Source of the DNA: a virus
Virus record (IMG/VR): IMGVR_UViG_3300018080_000123
Coordinates: 32,001-96,000 of that record
Reading direction: 5' to 3' (one strand)
Length of the DNA stretch: 64,000 nt
Shown here one piece after another: positions 27,502 through 36,510 of this stretch. The first letter of the stretch is position 1; every line of letters begins with the position of its first letter. Position numbers and translations under genes: made by a program. The notes under the pieces are model-generated. The model had not been told where the DNA came from. It did no database searches and worked only from the letters and a program-made list of their open reading frames with translations.

Positions 27502-29457
27502 CTATTTCTTTCTGGCTTTTTCAATTTCCGCCTTTTTTAAGCTATGCTTAGCGTCCCAACGCCTAAGAAATTCCTTCTCACTGATGTTATACTTTGTTGG
27601 GTTCTTTTTCTTTGCCTCTTGAAACATCTTAAGAGCAACGCCACGATTACTAGCTATTCTCCCAGGCCCGCGATCGGCAAATGCCTGTCTTTGGATAGCT
27701 CTTGCTGACGTCCCTGGACCGGGCTTACGGCCGCTTCCAGGGCCGCCCTTTTCAAAAAGCTTGGCTCGCTGTTTCTTTTTCTCCTGTTCTTTCTTCCAGC
27801 TTTCTCCGGCTCTATATTCAGAAATCTTTTGTTTAGATTCTATTGCTCTATCAACCTTCTTTCCTTGATCTCGCGCTTGATTAAAATGACTGGTAGCTTT
27901 AACATTTTTTCCTTCTGCGACTGCACTGTGGAAATCGGCTAGATGCTCGTGATATTTTGCTTTCTCTTTAGCAATCCCGCTACCAGAAACAGGAGCTCCT
28001 CCCTCAGTGCGACTTGGCTTAGATCTCTTCTCAGCTGCTTCTGCTTCCTTTCTGTGAGCGGCAGCAGCGTCTTTATGATCCTCTTTCGACCAATCATGAT
28101 GATAGCCTACTGTATACCCGCTGTGACCTTTACCGTGTGAGGAATAAATAGGTTTGCCCGACTTCGTTCTTCCTATTACTTTTCCGCCTCTGGAGCCTTC
28201 TCCTGCTGCTTTATCGAGAGCTTCCGAAATCGCTTCAACGATTACGCTTTTAATGAAATGCTTCCTATCTTCTTTACGCGTAACAATTTTGGGCTTGAAA
28301 TCTTCGCCAGGCTGGGCTTGATGATATTCAACGCGAGAAACATGTTCTTGATATGGAATGTGTAAGCTATTAACTGCTTCTTTAAAACGATTTAAGTGCC
28401 CGGGAGTATGAAATGAGTCTCCATGCTCACTAATTATCTTTCCATGCTCATCTAAAAGTTTTTGAATTTTCTTGTACGTCTCGTTAGCATGGCTTTCGAC
28501 AGCATCTCTACCTGGAGCATTATGTTCGCCCGCTCCTCGCTTTTTTCTTGGAGCCTTATCTTTTGCTCCCATGCGACGGGCCTTTTCGAGGACACTTAAA
28601 AGGGTCATTAAATTACTTTTTTTGACTCTTACTGCGCCCGGTGAAGGGGCGGAGGAGGCGACATCCCCTATCACCGGTTGACTAGCCACTGAAGGACTAG
28701 CCAGGGAAGAATCTTCATCTGTATATCCTAAAAGCTCGCCATCCTCCGACTTAGCAAGGGTTGGATTATCGTCGTAAGTAGAAAGCTCTACTGCTTCACT
28801 GTCCTTTTTCTTTTTCTTCTTTTCGCCATCCTGAATTTTATCTGCCTGACTTGCGCCTTCGGCCTGAATCTTTTCTACCTCACCCTCTCCCACACTTTCA
28901 AGAATACAGGCCTTATCAATTTCTTCAATAGTATCTGAGCACTCATTAACTTCAAACCTCTCAACAGATAAAGATTTGGCAATCTCTGCATAAGTGCTTG
29001 TATTGACTGGATCAAGTGTTAAGGCGACTTTCTCCACTCTCGCCCTTGCAATAACGCTCTTATCAATATCGTCTCGTTTAACAATCTTTCCCTCAATTGA
29101 CATTTGCACTCTGTTCTTATCTGCTTTCTTCAACGAGCGCATAATGTTATAGAAGGCCTGAGCGCGGGGTTGGTGCTTAAAAAGATAGCCCTCAACATAC
29201 AACCCGTTCATTGTGTTTTGGGCATAATCGATCTTACCGAGAACATTTTCTGGGCCCTTTTGATGGTCGTTATTAAAAAGTCCTTTTCCGTTTTTCAACG
29301 GACCAATATCGAGCCCCGACTGCTGAACCACTTCACCTTGTAAATCCTTATCACCTGTGGAAGCAATTCCTTTAATGCGCCATTCGTCTTCGTTCTCGCC
29401 TTTGGCGAGCTCGACGGGCACAAAAAATTTGAAGGTGTCTTGGTCGCTTTTCCCCAT
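27502..29457 (-). CDS. Prohead protease with long C-terminal extension
   Basis: IKGIAST...DLQGE, NNDH, MSIEG, VALT..PVN..T in the first ~165 aa; the remainder is modular and basic. Confidence 0.85.
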   Translation of the reverse strand: MGKSDQDTFKFFVPVELAKGENEDEWRIKGIASTGDKDLQGEVVQQSGLDIGPLKNGKGLFNNDHQKGPENVLGKIDYAQNTMNGLYVEGYLFKHQPRAQAFYNIMRSLKKADKNRVQMSIEGKIVKRDDIDKSVIARARVEKVALTLDPVNTSTYAEIAKSLSVERFEVNECSDTIEEIDKACILESVGEGEVEKIQAEGASQADKIQDGEKKKKKKDSEAVELSTYDDNPTLAKSEDGELLGYTDEDSSLASPSVASQPVIGDVASSAPSPGAVRVKKSNLMTLLSVLEKARRMGAKDKAPRKKRGAGEHNAPGRDAVESHANETYKKIQKLLDEHGKIISEHGDSFHTPGHLNRFKEAVNSLHIPYQEHVSRVEYHQAQPGEDFKPKIVTRKEDRKHFIKSVIVEAISEALDKAAGEGSRGGKVIGRTKSGKPIYSSHGKGHSGYTVGYHHDWSKEDHKDAAAAHRKEAEAAEKRSKPSRTEGGAPVSGSGIAKEKAKYHEHLADFHSAVAEGKNVKATSHFNQARDQGKKVDRAIESKQKISEYRAGESWKKEQEKKKQRAKLFEKGGPGSGRKPGPGTSARAIQRQAFADRGPGRIASNRGVALKMFQEAKKKNPTKYNISEKEFLRRWDAKHSLKKAEIEKARKK

Positions 29458-29503
29458 CGTTTCTCCAGATTTATGAACGGATTTGTAGAGTGGTCAATAT
29501 TTA

Positions 29504-29536
29504 ATTATAGTATAACATGGGGTATTTTTTAAATTA
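29504..29536 (-). promoter_or_regulatory. Candidate late promoter TAATTTAA-N19-TATAAT
   Basis: Upstream of the prohead protease operon. Confidence 0.55.
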
Positions 29537-29547
29537 AATTGTGCAAA

Positions 29548-29880
29548 TTAGTTATCACCAAACTCGCCTAGCTCTTTCATAATCTTGACAATCTGTGTCC
29601 GGAAGTTCTTCTTTGCCTCTTCCTCACGCAAAGCAATATTGTTGATCGATGTTGCCGTCAACTTGGCCACCTCTTCCAATGTATGTTCTCTTCCATTGTC
29701 CAACATATATTTGAAGAAGCAATAGTTGGCCTTTCGATCATCCACATACCAAACACACTCATTCTTGGCACAAGGTAGGACATTAAACCGGCCTGATTTC
29801 ATCTTCTCAGCCTTCCGCCTTCCCATGCTACAAACCCGAGTAGGATACTTATCCAGTTTTCGAGGACATCTCTGATCCAT
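29548..29880 (-). CDS. Sigma-70 region 4-like HTH protein with Cys-rich N-terminus
   Basis: EHTLEEVAKL..TS..NI...E..A..NFR. Confidence 0.6.
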   Translation of the reverse strand: MDQRCPRKLDKYPTRVCSMGRRKAEKMKSGRFNVLPCAKNECVWYVDDRKANYCFFKYMLDNGREHTLEEVAKLTATSINNIALREEEAKKNFRTQIVKIMKELGEFGDN

Positions 29881-29965
29881 TTGACAAAACCTATAATTTG
29901 TCGGGAATTTATCTGGCCTATTTATGACACATTAATAGACCACTAATGGCCACTAATATCAAGTA

Positions 29966-30238
29966 TTAATGACGGAGCCACCAAAATCTTTGCCCAGCTT
30001 CTTCATTTTGCATAACCCAGCGATCAAGAACATTTTCTCCATCACACTTCTCGCATACGAGAAAATTAATACAGCTTCTAGATACCGCATAAACCCAGCG
30101 CCAAACATCTCCTACCTCAAACCTATGACCACACATATAACATCGAAAACCATCTCCACTCTCTCTCGGTCCCCATTTTGCTTGAACATCTTTTTCTGTT
30201 GCAACTCTAGGCTTCTGATCTACAAAGCTAGTAGTCAT
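29966..30238 (-). CDS. Hypothetical zinc-finger phage protein
   Basis: CYMCG...CEKCD. Confidence 0.5.
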   Translation of the reverse strand: MTTSFVDQKPRVATEKDVQAKWGPRESGDGFRCYMCGHRFEVGDVWRWVYAVSRSCINFLVCEKCDGENVLDRWVMQNEEAGQRFWWLRH

Positions 30239-30255
30239 TTTTATCTCCTGTATAG

Positions 30256-30522
30256 CTACTCTGCAGCTGACTCTTCTTTTTTCTTCTTCTGTATAACGGG
30301 GTTTTCTTCGTTATAAATAGGCAAACAAGTTCTACACATCCAATATCGTTTATCTCTCGTTTTCCTCGTCTTTCTAGGTTTCCCACATCCATCACATTTG
30401 ATATTGGCTATTGCACGTCTGCGATAGAATCTAATAAGCTCAAATGCTCCTTCTGCAGCTATTCCTGCAAAGAAGATTATCATAAACCATATGGTGTACT
30501 CTATCATAGATTCGGCCGGCAT
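30256..30522 (-). CDS. Membrane-anchored zinc-finger protein
   Basis: N-terminal TM, CDGC...CRTC. Confidence 0.45.
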   Translation of the reverse strand: MPAESMIEYTIWFMIIFFAGIAAEGAFELIRFYRRRAIANIKCDGCGKPRKTRKTRDKRYWMCRTCLPIYNEENPVIQKKKKEESAAE

Positions 30523-30524
30523 TT

Positions 30525-30797
30525 TTATTTCTTGTAATCCTCTAAGATATGGCCTTTCGTTGCCAGGTAATCTGCAAAACCTGGATCTATTTGTCCAAGC
30601 ACGTATACACTCCCTGACTCAGTTCGGGCTGTCAACCGCTCGGGGTCAAACTCTGTCACATTCGATGTAATGATTCGCTTTCCATTCTCAAAATTTGGAT
30701 TCCCATGAACCTCCCCTGCAAGAGCCCTTCGCCACTGCTCGGGGGCCTTGTACGGATCACCAATTGACACTACAAATGACCAATTCTCTAACTTCAT
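30525..30797 (-). CDS. Conserved hypothetical phage protein
   Basis: LENW...PY.APE...G.V...F.NG..I.TS...T.SGS.Y.LG. Confidence 0.6.
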   Translation of the reverse strand: MKLENWSFVVSIGDPYKAPEQWRRALAGEVHGNPNFENGKRIITSNVTEFDPERLTARTESGSVYVLGQIDPGFADYLATKGHILEDYKK

Positions 30798-31026
30798 CCT
30801 TTTCCCCTCCTAATACTTCTCCGGTAACGTGTCAAGCTCTGGGCTACAGCCACAGCACTGCGTATCCCCACTTAAGGCAAGATCTGTCTTTTCTGACAAA
30901 TTCCTGAGAAATTCAATCAACCCTTTCTTATTAAATTCCAGATCAGCGAGCTCTCCATTATTATAATGAGCTTTAACTAGCCCCTGTTCAATGGCCCAGT
31001 CCCAAATGTTCTGCCCTTCATCTTTT

Positions 31027-31239
31027 TTATACTTGTTTGTCATCGTCTTTCTCCTTATCATCAAAAGACTCTTGATACGAAATATGAGCAACATGAACGC
31101 CTTCACTATAGAACGTTTTAACGCTTCCTATCACAGCTCCTTTTATCTCAAGAATTTCTACAATTGCCCGCTCCAGCCTATCTTCAAATCCAATATCGTG
31201 CTCATCTCTTACAACTTTAATTCTAAAAACGCGTGTCAT
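31027..31239 (-). CDS. Hypothetical protein
   Basis: Coupled ORF. Confidence 0.4.
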   Translation of the reverse strand: MTRVFRIKVVRDEHDIGFEDRLERAIVEILEIKGAVIGSVKTFYSEGVHVAHISYQESFDDKEKDDDKQV

Positions 31240-31907
31240 TTTTCCACTCTCCTCTTATCGATCTTCTCTAAAATCTTACTTTTATCCTCGCAATATTTGT
31301 CCCAGTGTTTGTCACATAGACCTATCTTTCCAAGCTCCGGTACCATTACCCAACATTCCAGCTGCATCTTACAATACTTAACACTACACCTCAGATCTTT
31401 ATCTTCATAATCTTGAAAAAAGCCTTTTTGAGCAGTGCCAGCAAATTCTGCTTCAATGTTTTGCCTATACAATTCTGCCGCTCCCTCCAGCGCATATCCT
31501 CTTTCATATTTGTACTTTCCCTCGTATGCTCTCTCCATCAACTGTTCCCCAACCTTGTCAACATATCTCTCCGCTCTTAATCCAATTTGTTTTGCTACAT
31601 CATATGTCAAAGATCTGTTATGATACCGAGCAAACTTTCTATCTAACTTACACTGCCAGTGTCCAAGCTCATGGAACAGGTGATTTAAAAATCGCTCTAC
31701 ATTCGTAAAACGACCCTTAGAGTCTCTCATGCTAATTTTGATTTCTTTTGTCTCCAGATTGATCATAGCACCGCCGCATGTCGTCCAATCAAAGATCAAT
31801 CCCAGCCCGCTTCTCAAAGCGATATCGATTCCTTTAGCTACATCTGGATGTTTCAAAAATCTATTCACAATCCACCTTTGTGAATCCGCCCGTAAAACTA
31901 ATCGCAT
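31236..31907 (-). CDS. Zincin-like (ImmA/IrrE-like) metallopeptidase
   Basis: FHELGH with downstream AERYVD; C-terminal Cys cluster. Confidence 0.6.
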   Translation of the reverse strand: MRLVLRADSQRWIVNRFLKHPDVAKGIDIALRSGLGLIFDWTTCGGAMINLETKEIKISMRDSKGRFTNVERFLNHLFHELGHWQCKLDRKFARYHNRSLTYDVAKQIGLRAERYVDKVGEQLMERAYEGKYKYERGYALEGAAELYRQNIEAEFAGTAQKGFFQDYEDKDLRCSVKYCKMQLECWVMVPELGKIGLCDKHWDKYCEDKSKILEKIDKRRVEK

Positions 31908-32223
31908 ATCCGAGGCGGCGATCTCTTTCTTTCCTTTTCCAGTTAACTCTCCTCACCTCTCCATATACTCTAAACGTGCTAGGTCCATACCAATTAGGAT
32001 GCTTCAGTTTGACAAAAAGAACAACCTCCGCTCGAGGCCTAATCTTAATCTGATCCTCTTCTTTCACAATGATAAAGCAACCGCCAACGTTAAAATCATA
32101 TACCGACCCCTTAGCAACTATCGTTCTAGTTTCCATATCCATCATTGCTGCATTACTGCCAAGGAAGGTGAGAAGTCTGGGTTTCTTTCTTTTCTCTTCT
32201 TTATTTTCCATCCTCTGTTCCAC
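31861..32223 (-). CDS. Stand-alone PilZ-domain protein
   Basis: EKRKKPR (RxxxR), YDFNVGGCFI (variant of D/NxSxxG), GEVRRV and LGYAISF strands. Confidence 0.75.
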   Translation of the reverse strand: MEQRMENKEEKRKKPRLLTFLGSNAAMMDMETRTIVAKGSVYDFNVGGCFIIVKEEDQIKIRPRAEVVLFVKLKHPNWYGPSTFRVYGEVRRVNWKRKERDRRLGYAISFTGGFTKVDCE

Positions 32224-32243
32224 TTTAAACCTTTACCTCTCTA

Positions 32244-32606
32244 TTATACATCATCATCATATCTTTGTCTGGTTATCCAACTAGCTACTTTTGAGATTAT
32301 CTTTTCCATGGCGCCCGATTCGTGACAAACCAACTCTAAGTAATAATCATGGTGATATTCTTTCAAGTCACTAATGATCATAAAAAGACTAAAATAAGGA
32401 TCAGGCTCTTCTGCTTCTAACTCATAATAGTACAAAATATCAAGAGCATCAATGATCGGAAGAGACATCAGATCGGCGATATAAGACTGTCTGTCTTTTT
32501 GCAAGATCTCTTGAACCTCTCCAATCATCCGCTCAAGTTTCCTCTCTTTATAAGTCCTGAGATCAGTTACTGGTTTTTTCGGATCCATGCCTGTAATTCC
32601 ATTCAC
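32244..32606 (-). CDS. Hypothetical protein
   Basis: Overlapping ORF in the DGC operon. Confidence 0.45.
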   Translation of the reverse strand: MNGITGMDPKKPVTDLRTYKERKLERMIGEVQEILQKDRQSYIADLMSLPIIDALDILYYYELEAEEPDPYFSLFMIISDLKEYHHDYYLELVCHESGAMEKIISKVASWITRQRYDDDV

Positions 32607-33258
32607 GCTTAACCGCAGCCAAAAACTCTTTCACCGTTTGCCAGCGGGTCATTTCTCTGCCGGATGTTTTCACAAAATAAACGGGATAATGAATATAAAT
32701 CTGATATAGATTATCAAAATAAGCATAAATTTTGTAGGGACCTTCATAAAACCAAGTATTATACCACTTCCACTCGGTTTTTCCTGGTGTTAGAATTCCA
32801 CAATAAGCAAGGTAATCCAAAACTCTTTCTTCTCGAACTTTTTGCATCTCCTCTCTCACTTCCTCATACGGCCTATCACCAAACAATTCAGGAGTAGCTG
32901 TGCTCCAAACCGGTTTTCGATTTTTCATCTTCTCTTTGTGCTTTTTAGACATTTCTTTTTCATCCGCAACTTCAAAAGGAAAAACTCTTAAATCGTGCTC
33001 ATAATAGATCTCGATGTCTGAGCCAACGAGCTCAGCAATTTTTCCTAACCAATTACGATCTTTATCCAGATCGACATCTCCATACCAAACGACCTCGCCA
33101 TCGACTACTACATTTGAATTATAAACTGCCATTGCCGGCCCTCGACTTTTCGATGCGCTCACAAGACGCCCCGGACGACCGAGAAGAATACTCAAAATTG
33201 CTCCAGGGTCTTTATCTGAACACAGAGCTTGAATCTTTTTTTTAATTTTTGTTCCCAT
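32563..33258 (-). CDS. Hypothetical phage protein
   Basis: GRLVSASKS...VYNSNV...VWYGDVDL. Confidence 0.55.
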   Translation of the reverse strand: MGTKIKKKIQALCSDKDPGAILSILLGRPGRLVSASKSRGPAMAVYNSNVVVDGEVVWYGDVDLDKDRNWLGKIAELVGSDIEIYYEHDLRVFPFEVADEKEMSKKHKEKMKNRKPVWSTATPELFGDRPYEEVREEMQKVREERVLDYLAYCGILTPGKTEWKWYNTWFYEGPYKIYAYFDNLYQIYIHYPVYFVKTSGREMTRWQTVKEFLAAVKREWNYRHGSEKTSN

Positions 33259-33451
33259 TTTTTCTCTCCTCTATTTCGTTAAGCCGACATAACCAAGTAA
33301 ACAGCTTAGCAATTCGACATTCATAAAGAGCTATCCGCTCTAAATTTCCTGGTCTAGCTCTTTCAAGCGGATCCCAGAAAAGCTTATTTATTTTTTCTTG
33401 AAGCTGGTCTCGTTTTCTTATTACCATTGCTTTCATTGGATGAATGTACAT
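33242..33451 (-). CDS. Hypothetical protein
   Basis: Overlaps the DGC 3' end. Confidence 0.4.
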   Translation of the reverse strand: MYIHPMKAMVIRKRDQLQEKINKLFWDPLERARPGNLERIALYECRIAKLFTWLCRLNEIEERKNGNKN

Positions 33452-34079
33452 GTCTAATCACCCCATGGCCATAGCCTTCATGGCTAAAATCCATAATTGT
33501 AGTAAATACTAATGAATCTTTTTTTTCTTTAGCGATATACATGCCCCGATCAGCCGCTGTAATTAGCTCTTCTGCTTTGTCTCCTTTACTATATGATACA
33601 ACCCCCATACTGGCCGTAACCTTAATTGAATCATACTTAAACCTCATTTTCCTGTGGAGACGTTCGTAAAAATCAGCTGCTTTGTTAGGAGATTTGTTTA
33701 AGCTAATCACAACAAATTCTTCTCCTCCCCAGCGAAATGCCTTATCATAGGATCGAGTTTGCTGACGTAAAGTTTCTCCTACTTTTTTAAGAATTTTATC
33801 TCCTACTGCATGCCCATGAGTGTCGTTGATCTGTTTAAAGTTGTCCAAATCAATAAAACCAAGAGATAAAACTCCACCAATCCGATCGCATTGGTTGGTC
33901 AACTCTTCAAAATACCTATAGAAAGACTTGCGATGATGCAAACCTGTAAGCTCATCGCAAAAACTAATGCCAAATTTTTCTAGAAAATCAATGAGTTTTG
34001 TAGCGAGAATGAGCGAACAATCGTTTTTGTGCTCATCGATAAATAGAGTCAGTTCGCCTGTGAAATTGTCCTTTTTCAT
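33384..34079 (-). CDS. Diguanylate cyclase (GGDEF domain)
   Basis: DELTGL, DLDNFKQINDTHGHAVGD, I-site RSYD, RWGGEEF, ADRGMY.AK. Confidence 0.92.
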   Translation of the reverse strand: MKKDNFTGELTLFIDEHKNDCSLILATKLIDFLEKFGISFCDELTGLHHRKSFYRYFEELTNQCDRIGGVLSLGFIDLDNFKQINDTHGHAVGDKILKKVGETLRQQTRSYDKAFRWGGEEFVVISLNKSPNKAADFYERLHRKMRFKYDSIKVTASMGVVSYSKGDKAEELITAADRGMYIAKEKKDSLVFTTIMDFSHEGYGHGVIRHVHSSNESNGNKKTRPASRKNK

Positions 34080-34092
34080 AGCTCCTACTTAT

Positions 34093-34121
34093 ATTATAGT
34101 AGACCTCTATCAAAAAGGCAA
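34093..34121 (-). promoter_or_regulatory. Sigma70-type early promoter TTGCCT-N17-TATAAT of the DGC operon
   Basis: Consensus boxes followed by AGGAG RBS and the DGC ATG. Confidence 0.7.
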
Positions 34122-34150
34122 GCTAAATTTTTATGAGAGATTCCAACAGG

Positions 34151-34345
34151 TTACACTAAACTTAGAAAATCCCCCTCAGAAATCTTCTTTCCTGCTGCTA
34201 ATCTCTCTAAATACTGGGCAGCTAACGTTCCGATTTTTACGTTATTTTCTACCCAATGATAATCATCAACCTTGCGAAAAACGCGTTTTCGAGTCCCATT
34301 GCTTGTAACTTGCTTAATGACTATCACCAAGCCTCCTTCCATCAA
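34151..34345 (-). CDS. Hypothetical protein
   Basis: Coupled ORF. Confidence 0.4.
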   Translation of the reverse strand: MMEGGLVIVIKQVTSNGTRKRVFRKVDDYHWVENNVKIGTLAAQYLERLAAGKKISEGDFLSLV

Positions 34346-34635
34346 CAGTCCTTCTTATTTCTTGTATCAAAATAGTTTAAAATTCTATCATAAACAATCT
34401 CTTTCTCTTTCTCTAGTAGGCTTTGTCGTCTTATAAATTCATCGCTTGTTCGTCTATAATATTCGATCAAACTCTTAGTCAATCTATCACTAAGATCTGC
34501 TAACTGAATCATCTTAATGGAAGGGCTTTGGCCTTCGGCTGTAAGAAGCCCGTTCCTCTGAGCGGACAGTTTCTCAATTCGTCTAATTATATCTGAGATC
34601 TCTCTTAAGTAATTCTCATACAGAGGAATCATCAT
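34342..34635 (-). CDS. Hypothetical helical protein
   Basis: Coupled ORF. Confidence 0.45.
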   Translation of the reverse strand: MMIPLYENYLREISDIIRRIEKLSAQRNGLLTAEGQSPSIKMIQLADLSDRLTKSLIEYYRRTSDEFIRRQSLLEKEKEIVYDRILNYFDTRNKKDC

Positions 34636-34816
34636 CCGGGTCCTCTAATCTCACAACAGGTTTCAACTCATGAAGGCCCTTCTCGCTAAACAACGTTACG
34701 AGATAAATATCGTCGTATTTGACAACCGCTTCTTCAGCTTCTTCTTTAGTTGTAAACAATAAATAATGCGGATCTTTCTTAAAAATCACACAATAATGAA
34801 ATTTTTCTTGCTTCAT
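34616..34816 (-). CDS. Hypothetical protein
   Basis: Coupled ORF. Confidence 0.4.
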   Translation of the reverse strand: MKQEKFHYCVIFKKDPHYLLFTTKEEAEEAVVKYDDIYLVTLFSEKGLHELKPVVRLEDPDDDSSV

Positions 34817-35643
34817 TTGTTTTCTTCCAAAAATTTAACAATCTCCTTGTGGACAATCATCCACCCAATACTCGTAGGAGATTGATAGTTTCCAAAAAGA
34901 CCGGCAAAAACCAAACCGGACAGCTCTCCCTTATCATTAAAGACTCCCGACCCGCTATTGCCTGGATAAATGGGAGCCGAAATTAGTCGCGCTTCCGAAC
35001 CAAGAACTTCAGCATAGCTTCCGACCCTTCCTTCGGCGACAGAGCCAAAAATTCCAAGAGGATTTCCGACAACAAAGATCTGATCTCCAAACTTAACTGG
35101 CTCTTTAGCAATCTTAACAGGGGTAAGTTTTTTTCCCTGCGAAACCACTTTTAACAAACACAAATCTGCTAATGACGATTTTCTATGAACTTTTGCATAT
35201 AGATAGCTTGTATGTTCGGGGCTCTTAAGAGCCAAACGAAAGAACGTGCCAGGGGCTCTTTTATTAGCCGCCATATCGCAGACATGATTATTTGTTAACA
35301 CTAGATCGGGACTAATTGCAACCCCCGTACCAAAACCAACATTTGTCATCTCTACTCTCACAAACCCTGCCGATGGTTTATCAAGATATCCTTTTGTCGT
35401 ACTTTCGGGCCCTTTAGTAGGAAACTTAATAGTATTCCTTTGAGGAATCATATTTCTGCCAACAGGATGTTGTAATGTTATTCCTTTTACAGTATGATTA
35501 ACAGGAGTAGAGAGGGTCGAACGATCAATAAATTCGTCCAATTTAACAATTGTAGCGACATTTAATAGAAACATCGCCACCCCCGCAGCCAAATAAAAAA
35601 CCACCAGTCCGATATTAAGAATTCGCGCAATTTTACTCAACAT
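34813..35643 (-). CDS. Membrane-anchored trypsin-like (HtrA-type, no PDZ) serine protease
   Basis: LTNNHV, DLCLL, PGNSGSG triad; N-terminal TM. Confidence 0.9.
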   Translation of the reverse strand: MLSKIARILNIGLVVFYLAAGVAMFLLNVATIVKLDEFIDRSTLSTPVNHTVKGITLQHPVGRNMIPQRNTIKFPTKGPESTTKGYLDKPSAGFVRVEMTNVGFGTGVAISPDLVLTNNHVCDMAANKRAPGTFFRLALKSPEHTSYLYAKVHRKSSLADLCLLKVVSQGKKLTPVKIAKEPVKFGDQIFVVGNPLGIFGSVAEGRVGSYAEVLGSEARLISAPIYPGNSGSGVFNDKGELSGLVFAGLFGNYQSPTSIGWMIVHKEIVKFLEENK

Positions 35644-36502
35644 TTGTATCTCCTTCTTGATTTTCTTTTTTCTCATTACTTTCTTCCCCAGCAATCTGAC
35701 TCAATACTTCTTCAGTGTTATCAAACTCTTTTTGTAAAGGCTCATACTCTTCTTTTTTAATCTCAACTGTGATCTCTCCTCCTGCAGGAATGCTAATCCT
35801 GTCACATAGAGCCTTGTATAGCTTTTTCAGCTCGCTTGGTTTGGGAAGATTATCAAAGGTCCTTTTTCTCGGTCCTTTTCGGTAATTCCCTCTTTTTCGA
35901 TATTCAACAATCTCATCTATTAGCCCTAACTCGAGCGCTTCCTCTGCCGAAATAAAAATATCTTTTCCGGTACTAGTCAACCTATCATAAAATTTCTTAT
36001 CGGGATATGAATTATCGGCATAAACTTGATTCAATTTTGACTGAATCCTTTGCTCTTCCTCTTGATATATTTTTTGATCCGCTAGCGTTCTGCAACCTGG
36101 GTCATTAGCTCCCTCATGTAACAGGACCCTTGTAAGCTTAGACAAATATCTTTCATCGCAACAGCACATAATCCATGTAGCAGAGCTTCCTACGTGGCCT
36201 TTCCCATAAAATACAAACTTACAGCGAGTTTCTTGAATAGTGTCATGAAGAGCCATCATTGACTCTGCGCATCCGCCATAAGAATTCATATAAATAGTGA
36301 TTGGTTTGCTACTCATCTCCTCCATGAGATGAATTCCCATAATAGCTACTTTAACTGAATCCTGATCAAAAGCGTTATAGCTGACTTCTTCGTCGTCAGG
36401 CTCTTTATCCGTTGGTTTACCAAAATAGATTTTTCTATGAATAACATCCACACCCCATTTCATTAGATTGTCAAGCCAGTCAGCGTCTTTTCTTGTAGAC
36501 AT
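35633..36502 (-). CDS. ClpP-like protease
   Basis: IYMNSYGG, GSSA (Ser), LLHE (His), DIFISAEEALELGLIDEI. Confidence 0.85.
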   Translation of the reverse strand: MSTRKDADWLDNLMKWGVDVIHRKIYFGKPTDKEPDDEEVSYNAFDQDSVKVAIMGIHLMEEMSSKPITIYMNSYGGCAESMMALHDTIQETRCKFVFYGKGHVGSSATWIMCCCDERYLSKLTRVLLHEGANDPGCRTLADQKIYQEEEQRIQSKLNQVYADNSYPDKKFYDRLTSTGKDIFISAEEALELGLIDEIVEYRKRGNYRKGPRKRTFDNLPKPSELKKLYKALCDRISIPAGGEITVEIKKEEYEPLQKEFDNTEEVLSQIAGEESNEKKENQEGDTNVE

Positions 36503-36510
36503 AACGCCTC

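Noticed and set aside
28639-28675. GC-rich hairpin inside the prohead protease gene as a recoding signal
   Set aside because: The frame stays open with no slippery site or alternative ORF identified; it may be incidental
33384-34079. Hypr GGDEF making 3',3'-cGAMP
   Set aside because: The specificity residue is Asp (GHAVGD), as in standard c-di-GMP synthases
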